In this document: positions 1 to 8,302 of the stretch, one piece after another
Layout of the letters: each line of letters begins with the position of its first letter
How positions within the stretch are numbered: position 1 is the stretch's first letter
From: Paraphysomonas bandaiensis
Lineage: Eukaryota; Protista; Chrysophyceae
NCBI GenBank assembly: GCA_965644295.1
Contig: CBFFRP010000582.1
Span: 1 to 25,259, forward strand
Direction: 5' to 3'
Length of the DNA: 25,259 nucleotides
Position numbers and translations under genes: made by a program
The notes under the pieces: model-generated
Database searches by the model: none
The model's input: the letters and a program-made list of their open reading frames with translations, nothing else
What the model was told of the DNA's origin: nothing

Positions 1-2
1 AG

Positions 3-755
3 AATGCTTTCATTGTAAGTTTGAGCAATGAGGTCCAGAAATATTTGAGCCAGCCCATATTTCTTACCCTTAAGCTCCGGGCAATACTCTTTATTGTTCT
101 CCATCAATATTTGGAAAACCTTCGTAAAGAGATCCTTCCTCCTAAGGATACCTTGATAGAATCGCTGGTGATTCGCTGGATTAACTTTTTCCCAATTTAG
201 AGGCTTCATATAGCGAAGTGCATGCCTCATGGTATCCCCAAACTCACGCTTTGACATGACTTTGGTCTCCTTGGCCATTAGCTTCATGAAATCAGTGGGA
301 GTCATCTTGTAGAAATCTGCTTCAGACACTTCATGGTTATGCATCAGCAAACTTCGTAGTCGCTTTGACAATATCCGTGGAGGTTCTAGTTTGAGGCTGT
401 AAGTGCTCTCCCATTCCATCCACTGAATCAAGAAATTGGAGAAATCCGCTAGGTCAGTAGAGTCTAGGAATATGTGCTTGAAGTCTGGCGGTGGCATGTT
501 GATCACTACCATTCGCTTCTCTTCTGCAGCAGAAACATCTTCAAGGTCTTTCTGGAATCGTGTCTTTCTTGATTGTCTTTCTCTTGCTGAAAAATGCGAT
601 CCATCATCCCTTTCATCATCTTTATCAAGAGTGCGCTCGCCCTCCAAAATACTGAGTCTAGATTCGAGTGCGGCAGATCTATCCGCTTGTAAGTCCATTT
701 TCACAACCAAAGACTGTAAAAGAGTCTTTATAGTGTCTTCTTCGTCAATTTCCAT
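3..755 (-). CDS. Intronless ORF of >250 codons running off the left edge; putative retrotransposon Gag/capsid-like protein
   Basis: Manual translation from ATG at 755: MEIDEEDTIKTLLQSLVVKMDLQADRSAALESRLSILEGE...MPPPDFKHIFLDSTDLADFSNFLIQWMEWESTYSLKLEP...GLAQIFLDLIAQTYNESI, with no stop before the window edge (absent from the ORF track). N-terminal coiled coil then a helical-looking region. It starts 41 bp after a TG...CA unit. The ORF is directly seen; Gag identity is contextual inference. Confidence 0.55.
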   Translation of the reverse strand, partial: MEIDEEDTIKTLLQSLVVKMDLQADRSAALESRLSILEGERTLDKDDERDDGSHFSARERQSRKTRFQKDLEDVSAAEEKRMVVINMPPPDFKHIFLDSTDLADFSNFLIQWMEWESTYSLKLEPPRILSKRLRSLLMHNHEVSEADFYKMTPTDFMKLMAKETKVMSKREFGDTMRHALRYMKPLNWEKVNPANHQRFYQGILRRKDLFTKVFQILMENNKEYCPELKGKKYGLAQIFLDLIAQTYNESI

Positions 756-794
756 TGTTAACAATATTTTCCGGCTTTTAACCCAAGTAAATTT

Positions 795-1071
795 ACTGCA
801 ATGGAACTCAGGTTGGGACCTGAGAGCCAAACTCTAAATAAGCTAAAACTCGCTTTAACAGAGAGAATGCTGCTTATTATTAACCTATACTACTTCTGCA
901 GTACTGAACTGCATAGCTGGTGAGTTGTGCTTTAGTTTCTTGGGGTGCCGAGAAGCATTTAGTACTGCAGAAGTAGTATAGGTTAATAATAAGCAGCATT
1001 CTCTCTGTTAAAGCGAGTTTTAGCTTATTTAGAGTTTGGCTCTCAGGTCCCAACCTGAGTTCCATTGCAGT
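795..1071. repeat. Perfect 111-bp inverted repeat (795-905 / 961-1071) with 55-bp spacer; TG...CA core 797-1069 is a candidate 5' LTR
   Basis: ACTGCAATGGAACTCAGG...CTTCTGCAGTACT (795-905) is the exact reverse complement of AGTACTGCAGAAG...CCTGAGTTCCATTGCAGT (961-1071). Each arm contains a smaller stem-loop (CTCAGGT-CCCA-ACCTGAG in the right arm). Confidence refers to the repeat; the LTR reading is inference. Confidence 0.97.
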
Positions 1072-4000
1072 CCCATACTGCTTTATTGGCACCGCCTATG
1101 TCGCTGTCGTACGCAGCCCTGGCTTGGATTAATATCTCAAGTGGCCAGCGTTGATCACACCAGTAATGATGCCCGTAGTTGATGAGAAGTTCTTCATCCT
1201 TAGCAATGGGACGTATTGTACGGACATAGAGGCGTTTATTTTTCGTGACAAACTTGACATTAGCCATGTTTGTGGCTAGGGGGTCATTAATATACCCAGC
1301 TTCGCATGTTACACATTGTCGGACTTGGTCAAAGCCATCTATTGCGAAGGTACCAGTACTGTCTTGAACTATGTAATCAGAACGCCTTGCAGACTGACTC
1401 AGCTTTGTTAGTGGATAGCGTTTGCCTTTGTACTCAGCAATGATGACGTCTGCTGGGAATGTGTTCTTCGCATAAAGGGATAGTCCTTTGGCAGTGTTAT
1501 CGGCGTACGCAATGTAGAACTTTCTTGACCAGTCCTTGTCCCAGCTGGTGGTATCAAGTGCTGGAGTTGGTCTGATCGTTCGTGTGGTCGTGGATTGGTG
1601 TGAGTTGTGAAGGTTCGTTGGTTGGTCACTTTCATCGTAATTTACGACCTTTTTGGCTTTCCGGGTTGGCTGGCATCGACTTGTCAACGCAGTTTGGGCG
1701 TGTTTCAACTGCATCTTCTTGTGCGATGGTAGTGCTCCAGGGGTTGAAGCCTGCAGAATCTGTCGATTTGTTCGTGCTAGCTTGGTGCTGCTGGACGAGG
1801 TTGTTCTGGTGCTGGTCGTCTTTGATGTCCTATTGTTGTTCGTGATTGAGTCCGCGGGAAGTGTAGGTGGAGCGATGGGGTCAGACGTTGAGAGTATACT
1901 GGGGGCCAAGGTGTTTTCAAGAGATAGTAGGGCGTTGTCTAGGGCAGTAGAAAGACCGGCAGGGTCTAAGAGGAAGTAGTGAGCATCTTGTAGTATGACA
2001 TGGTAGTAGTTATCACGAATAGCGTTCCTAAGTTCCTCCACCTTCCATGCGATGTTATAAGCTACTTTGTCAGTAGGGATACCTACAATGCTGAGATAAT
2101 TACCATTTTGCGCCCACGTCGTGCAGGGGTTGATAGTAGAGGCTAAAAGGTGGACCTCTCGCACTGAGAGCCAGTGAGTTATGTCGTCCTCCGTAGTGTA
2201 TGTTGTTTTGGCAGGTATTAAAAGTGCGGCCTGTGCGTGATCCAACTTATGTCGTAGTGGCTGAAGTGTGTGATGGGCCATGCACTCCCGTTGCATTGTG
2301 TCGAACGCTTGGGTGCCTAATGTATTTATAAAAGATGCTAGCGTGTGACGGTCCTTGCGTTGTTTGAGGTCTAATTTCAGACAGGAGCGAGTGTGTCGCC
2401 TGCTTGAAGCAAGAATGTGCAGATGATAGAGTGTGCTGTATGCGCAGTATCCATCACTTGGGATATGTTGTTGTGTGCGAAGGGCTGAGGGTCTGAGGGT
2501 GAGGCGATAGACTCTGCTCATGTCGCACATATGGAGCCTGAGTTGTCGACGGTCCGTGGGGTTCATCTGCCGTAGTTGACGTCGAGCTCTCGGTGACAAG
2601 GAGACTGCAATTACTTCCCTCTGTTCCTGTTGCTCTCTTTGCTCATGTAGCATAGATGGTACAGTTGACGGTTCAGAAGTCCAGATGATGTTGGTGCTCT
2701 GTCTGGAGGTCTGGTGTTGTAGAAAACAGGATAGCCGCTCCTGAGTTCGTGTTAGAGCGTGCATGATGGAGGTGGGGATATTTGTTGCATTTAGTATGTG
2801 AAACCCATGCTGGCTGCGTATGATGTCATGGGTTACCACAGTGTTGGTAGAAGCGTGCACTGTTAGTGCCTGTCTGGAGAATGGTGATAGCTGTGCCCAA
2901 CCAGGCGCCAGGTGCGGTTGAACAGCGTCCCATAGTCTGTATGGTATGGAGAGAAGATCGAGTAGCAGTTGGAAATCCTCCGTGTCTAGATGTAGTCCTG
3001 TGTGTGGATTCGAGGATTCATATTGCATAAGTGTCTTACGGAGAGTGACAGTGGCTGTTGAGGGAATACCCTTTGTCAGGCAAAGGGTCCGCACATGCCT
3101 AGATACAACATGAGTGGAGTCTGCCCAGGGTTTGTTGCCATTCGCGAGATGCTGGGCAACTAGTAGGGCGCTGTGCGTGGTGTCCAATTTGTGCTCTGGT
3201 AGCGTGAATGATATCATGAGATCATAGTTGTCCGTCCTGGAAGCCTTGGCTATGAATCCTTCCCATATGTCTAAACAGGCAGGGGATAGCATGTGTGCGT
3301 ATATTTCTTTTAAAAGGTTTCCCTGTGGGGAGGCAGCAATGGTTTGGGTTTCATCATATCTAACCCAGTTGTTCAGCAGATCGGAGTGAAAGGGCGTGTG
3401 ACCCCGGCCCTCTGTGTAGTGTAGGGGGTATGTGGCAATATCCTTGGGCAGTACATCCGGCCTGAGGTCAGGAGTGGTAGTGGAGAGTGAGGATGGGCCG
3501 TCTGGGGCTAATGCTGGAGTTCCCATGGTGTTCAGTTGAGCAAGGTTGGTGGTAGGTGGCTTCCGTTTGACTGGGAAATAGTCAAATAACGTTGCATACG
3601 GTGTGGTGGCATCCTTAGTGGGTAAGGGTAATGTGTGGGTGGATTTGCTGGGTCCGTCACCGCTGTTATCGGAGGAGAATTCCTTCCCCTGAAGGGCGTG
3701 GGAGGGATGGTTGATGGACCTGGCACGGTGGACTCCTTGCATTCCCTTGGAATGACATTGCAACACATTTTGGAGACGCATGATGACAAGGTCAGGAATT
3801 CTCTCGAGTAGCGCGTGTAGTTCCAACTCCACCGGGTATTTGGTGTCCAGGAAGAAGTGATCGTTGGAGCAAAACACATCATAAGATGGAAGGAATTGAG
3901 TTTGTGGAAGGAAGGAGGAATAGTGGGTGGACCAGTACGCCCAGTAAGGGAGAGGCGATAGTTTGTCTGGGGGTTTTCTAGGAGGAGGTAGAGTGTACTG

Positions 4001-4786
4001 TGTGTGTGTATGACACTGCAGTGGTGTTATGAGTGTGTTGGACAGTGAGAGAGAGCTGGTGATGTGTCCAACAGTACAGGTAGACAGGTACATGGACATG
4101 GTGATGTGTCCAACAGTACAGGTAGACAGGTACATGGACATGGTGATGTGTCCAACAGTACAGGTAGACAGGTACATGGACATGGTGATGTGTCCAACAG
4201 CAGTAGAGGTATACACGGAATGGTATGCATCCTGTAGGACACAGTAGTACAGTAGTCGAGTATACCGTATGCGGAATACAGTGTCTATCCAATGAGATGG
4301 ATGGGCTGTGGGGGTGATAGGTGAACAGGGTGAGGGGGTAGCCTGCTGGGTGGATGGACCACAGACAAACCATGTTGGGTTGGGTTGAGTGGGCGGCAGA
4401 AGGCAGCCCTGTTGCACAGTTGAGAGGGATCGAGAGTATTCAGTGATTGCATAGGGGGTCCATGGGGGTCGTTTTCGTGAACCTGCTCGCACGAGCCATG
4501 TTCTGAGAGGTTGTAGCCGTAGAAAGCGATGGGTGAGACGAAGTTGTCTGCTGAGGGGATAGCACGTAGGTGCGGTCAGCGCTGCATTGGTGCAGGCACG
4601 TGGTTTAACTGAAGTAGTTGAGTAGGGTGAAGGTTGCAAGGCCAGGCAGGGGGGCTTGGAGCGTGTACAACATGGTGTGACAGGTAATTTGTCGGAAGCG
4701 TGGTGGTCAACAAAATGCAGCAGTAAGGGAGTGTAAAAGGCCCTGGGCACACTGATGTGACTCAGCCACAGTCTCAATAGAGACAT
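1043..4786 (-). CDS. Long intronless ORF with an OTU-like cysteine protease domain (~1960-2470) and a C-terminal SET domain (~1160-1520); true start uncertain; C-terminus runs into the inverted repeat
   Basis: SET motifs: GLSLYAKNTFPADVIIAEYKG, AIDG, EAGYINDP..ANVKF, VRTIRPIAKDEELLINYGHHYW. OTU-like motifs in the right order: IPSDGYCAYSTL (D-x-x-C), WLSVREVHLLA (W-x-x-x-x-E), ILQDAHYFLL (catalytic His loop). The first ~330 codons are low-complexity, contain a tandem repeat and may be untranslated. Confidence 0.8.
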   Translation of the reverse strand: MSLLRLWLSHISVPRAFYTPLLLHFVDHHASDKLPVTPCCTRSKPPCLALQPSPYSTTSVKPRACTNAALTAPTCYPLSRQLRLTHRFLRLQPLRTWLVRAGSRKRPPWTPYAITEYSRSLSTVQQGCLLPPTQPNPTWFVCGPSTQQATPSPCSPITPTAHPSHWIDTVFRIRYTRLLYYCVLQDAYHSVYTSTAVGHITMSMYLSTCTVGHITMSMYLSTCTVGHITMSMYLSTCTVGHITSSLSLSNTLITPLQCHTHTQYTLPPPRKPPDKLSPLPYWAYWSTHYSSFLPQTQFLPSYDVFCSNDHFFLDTKYPVELELHALLERIPDLVIMRLQNVLQCHSKGMQGVHRARSINHPSHALQGKEFSSDNSGDGPSKSTHTLPLPTKDATTPYATLFDYFPVKRKPPTTNLAQLNTMGTPALAPDGPSSLSTTTPDLRPDVLPKDIATYPLHYTEGRGHTPFHSDLLNNWVRYDETQTIAASPQGNLLKEIYAHMLSPACLDIWEGFIAKASRTDNYDLMISFTLPEHKLDTTHSALLVAQHLANGNKPWADSTHVVSRHVRTLCLTKGIPSTATVTLRKTLMQYESSNPHTGLHLDTEDFQLLLDLLSIPYRLWDAVQPHLAPGWAQLSPFSRQALTVHASTNTVVTHDIIRSQHGFHILNATNIPTSIMHALTRTQERLSCFLQHQTSRQSTNIIWTSEPSTVPSMLHEQREQQEQREVIAVSLSPRARRQLRQMNPTDRRQLRLHMCDMSRVYRLTLRPSALRTQQHIPSDGYCAYSTLYHLHILASSRRHTRSCLKLDLKQRKDRHTLASFINTLGTQAFDTMQRECMAHHTLQPLRHKLDHAQAALLIPAKTTYTTEDDITHWLSVREVHLLASTINPCTTWAQNGNYLSIVGIPTDKVAYNIAWKVEELRNAIRDNYYHVILQDAHYFLLDPAGLSTALDNALLSLENTLAPSILSTSDPIAPPTLPADSITNNNRTSKTTSTRTTSSSSTKLARTNRQILQASTPGALPSHKKMQLKHAQTALTSRCQPTRKAKKVVNYDESDQPTNLHNSHQSTTTRTIRPTPALDTTSWDKDWSRKFYIAYADNTAKGLSLYAKNTFPADVIIAEYKGKRYPLTKLSQSARRSDYIVQDSTGTFAIDGFDQVRQCVTCEAGYINDPLATNMANVKFVTKNKRLYVRTIRPIAKDEELLINYGHHYWCDQRWPLEILIQARAAYDSDIGGANKAVWDCNGTQVGT

Positions 4787-4800
4787 TGGGCTTGGAGCTG
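1072..4800 (-). mobile_element. Putative mobile-element- or virus-derived segment carrying the OTU+SET ORF (boundaries approximate)
   Basis: No introns over 3.7 kb while the neighbouring host genes are spliced. Visibly GC-richer, with strong C/A skew on the coding strand, a 5' tandem repeat and a return to AT-rich DNA near 4800-4900. No RT, transposase or TSD is visible, so this is inference. Confidence 0.5.
4057..4200. repeat. 42-bp tandem repeat, 3 identical copies plus an 18-bp partial
   Basis: TGGTGATGTGTCCAACAGTACAGGTAGACAGGTACATGGACA at 4057, 4099 and 4141; partial copy at 4183-4200. Confidence 0.97.
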
Positions 4801-7281
4801 GTTAATAGAGTGAAACTTTATGTTGGACTGTATTTGCCATCGTAGGGCAGAGAATTATCCCATAGTATGTTTGGCGTTAGGCAACTACTAATACTGCATC
4901 GCATCATATGCTATATACTATAGGAGTAACTCTGTAATACACTTGATCATTCCTTATTATTTAATCACTCCCTCTAATCAATGAAGTATAGTACGGGCAT
5001 TTGTAATCATCTAGTTCAGTGTACTGCATGGAATATATCCGAAGTTTTTGTTGCATTTTATACTCCTCAATTTGGTCTGGAAGTCCATGCTCCCATTCCT
5101 TTGTAGGAGCTCCTGTATACAAGTCGTATCAACCAAACGTATCATTTATAAGAATCAGAATAGATGCCGATAGAGTCAGAAATCGGTCAGCATAATATAT
5201 ATATGGAGCAGCAACATGGAGAAGTAACAAGTGAAACTATATAATCTCAACAGGCTAAACACCCACGTACCCATAATAATGCCAAAACCATCTTCATTCA
5301 GTATTCGGAATATCTCACGGGCTGACACTATTGGGGAGTCTACATCTCACTCGGGATGAGGAAGGGATATTATTACAAGCTAAAATTCGTGATAACTATA
5401 GAACGAAACAAAATTTAATGGTTAGTCACATGATGCAAAAATATAACTAATATTTCAACGTAACGGGACATACTTGCAGGTAAAGTAGCCAATAAATCAA
5501 CAACTTCGACAGAATCCTCATATTGAGCTGCCCCAATCCGAGAGCGTACCATGGTGAAGTGCTAGTGTTGACTACGCTAAGCAACACAGGTGTGGGACAG
5601 AACAGAATCTGGGCGTGATCTATGCTGTCAGCTACGTTGGTACACGCGGGTAGGCAGATTATAGAATCAGTGCTATATCTCGGTGTTATAGGTGGTATAC
5701 CAGCGAGTCTTCACATGGCCACGCCTCTGAATGGGGAAGATACTAATGCCTTATACTACAGGCAAGAGCAAGACAATGACATACAACGATATGACATGAT
5801 GGTTACATACGATGTGACGACTGGAAGGAACTGTTCGACGTAGAGAACAATATATATGACAACAGAATGTAACGGAAACGTCAGGACAGATATTTCATTG
5901 TTGGCGGTTGGTATATGAAGATTCCTTGCCACATTGATCCAATGCACAATGCAACTGGACTCAAGGAGGTCCACTGGACTCAAGTTTCTTTAGCCATCTA
6001 AACTGTTTCTTCTTAAGAACACTAAAGGTGCACTTGACTTCTTTCGCACTGACTCAAGAAACTCGTCCTCGATATTGTAATGAAAGCTGTTCGATGCTAT
6101 ATTGCATAATGTGCTCTTTAATAGTTTTCGAGGGCTTGTTGGATGAGTATGAGTAGATACTGATTGAACTGATGAAGATCCAGACATGCTAAAAGATGAT
6201 CTCGTCTTCGACCGTAGTTTTTATGAACGATAACCCCAGACAGTTGTAGCATTACCTGTGAACACGCAACCGCAGTAACATGCTTTCAGCTGCATGAGTT
6301 ATTGAGACTATGATCGTCTACACAAGGTCCTTGTAGCCCACTTACATTTCCAACACATTCTCGGTCAGTTGCAGTTGTCTAAGTAGCTGAGAGCATATGT
6401 GAAACAGTTTAATTCCATTAAATGAATCAGTGCATATTTCAATAAAGTACTGTCTAATGCTCTTTATGTTAAGGAAGTGGATCTTCCTGATATAATTGAT
6501 AATACTTTCAGTAATCAGGGAATTGACAATGGTTTGTTCTTCATTAATAGCATCAATTAATATTATTGTTGCCTGATCCCAAAGAGATGGTCTCTTGCCG
6601 TGGCCTGAATCCGAGCTAATATCGTCACCGACTTCGTAGCATAGTTATGTGAAGCAGATCACTACCAATCGCTTATGTTTCGACTTATTTATTATCAGTG
6701 GTTAGAACCCCATCATTTCTTCCATATAGACGATAGTTGGTACGTCTTTTAGCTCCAGACAGGATATGATCAACATTAACATGTATTAGGCAGAAGGCAC
6801 TCCCTAAGCACTTTTTTAAATGCATGGATAATAATTCTATATTCCACATGCAGGAATTCTTCTCTACTAAACTACATCAATATATCAATATCTACCCAAG
6901 CAGTGTACTATATTACATGTTACTACACCGAATGCCTTTACAATTGATAATTGATCATACAATTTACATTTAATGATGGGAATGCTGAAGAAGCACTACT
7001 GTACGTAATCTAGGCAGTGATTATGGCCAGCTACGAGGTTGCGTGCTATATATAACTTCGCAGGTACAATACCAATCAATAAATTAAAACTGAATCACAC
7101 TGATGACAAGACACACCTACGTACGACTACAACTAAATCGCTATAACTTGTATGGAAGTGTCCCAGCATTATATGAAATGACAACAAGCCACAGAAACAT
7201 AGAAATATTAACAATTTCTATCTAATGAGTTTGCACGGGCTTCTGGATATACACCACCATGGAAATCACCTTGAATACGCT

Positions 7282-7676
7282 TCACAATAAATTCTTCTCC
7301 ATGCAATTGTTGCAAAATTTCCGCAAGTCCATTAAACCATGTGTCGAACTGATCTGAACTTAGAGCCATTAAATCAACAGATCTAGTAGGAGTAATTAAT
7401 GAAAAGCACTGATTATAGACATGCCCTCCGTATTCTGCACTCTTTCTTTTAAAGTTAGTTGTGTTCTGGCCTTGCTCAAGTCTAGTAACAGTTTGGAGAT
7501 TAACTGCATAGTATTACTAAGCGATTAGACGTTTTATAATTACTCACTAATAGAATCTTCAGGTTTTTTGCATGCAAATATTGAGGATTTCCAATATAAA
7601 GTGGTATTATCTTTCGATATATGAATACGCCTCTCTTGCACACGTCCTTGACGACCAAACTTGAGAAATATATCTC
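7282..7676 (-). pseudogene. Two spliced exons encoding a PH domain (PLC/PRAF-like type); probably part of a degenerate larger gene
   Basis: Exon 7676-7548 (after tatacag): GDIFLKFGRQGRVQERRIHISKDNTTLYWKSSIFACKKPEDSI. 44-bp GTGAGT..GCAG intron. Exon from 7503: INLQTVTRLEQGQNTTNFKRKSAEYGGHVYNQCFSLITPTRSVDLMALSSDQFDTWFNGLAEILQQLHGEELL*. The FLKFGR, GQxT, FSLI, SxDL and WxxGL motifs are typical. No clean upstream start exon found. Confidence 0.7.
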
Positions 7677-8302
7677 CTGTATATAAGCAATCAGACATTT
7701 ATAAGTGTTGCACACTGTGCTTTATGATGTTGAAATATATGGGGGTTCATGAACTGTGATACTGTATCATGGATGTGTATGTACTGGCAGCAGTGTGGTA
7801 TGGGATGATATGCATGTACAGTATTTGTACCTATCAAAACTCCTGATTATCAAATTCAAAACAGAAAATCATCGATTTCATATTAAAATATTGAAATTAT
7901 GGATAAAAATCGATTTGTACCACCAAACCACCTCATCTCGATAGAAATTGAGGAAAAAACAAACAATTTTGGACTGAAATCTTGTTTTGTGGACTGAAAA
8001 GTACAACACAACAAGTACCTCTCCTCCAACATACAGCAGAGTATACCAAAGCAAAAAAATTCTGAGAATTTAATACTGTGGCTAATTTAACCAATCATAA
8101 TACATTATTTCTCTTTCTATCTAGTTCATTGGATAGATTCTATGGCTGCAATGAGCGTATGATTGAACACTATGCATATATATATATATATATGTGTGTA
8201 TATATGACTAGATTCCAGTGATAATAGTTCCATATCACTTAAATTGAGTAGAACATAATCTGAATGTGTATTTTTATTAATCTCATTTATTAGTGAAACC
8301 AA

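Noticed and set aside
436-837. 133-aa plus-strand ORF
   Set aside because: Antisense shadow of the longer minus-strand ORF; Ser-rich with no motifs.
795-1071. Hammerhead ribozyme / Penelope pseudo-LTR
   Set aside because: I found no CTGANGA...GAAA core in a compatible stem arrangement by eye, and no PLE RT or GIY-YIG is visible.
4057-4200. CRISPR-like array
   Set aside because: Units are head-to-tail identical with no unique spacers, there are no cas genes, and the context is eukaryotic.
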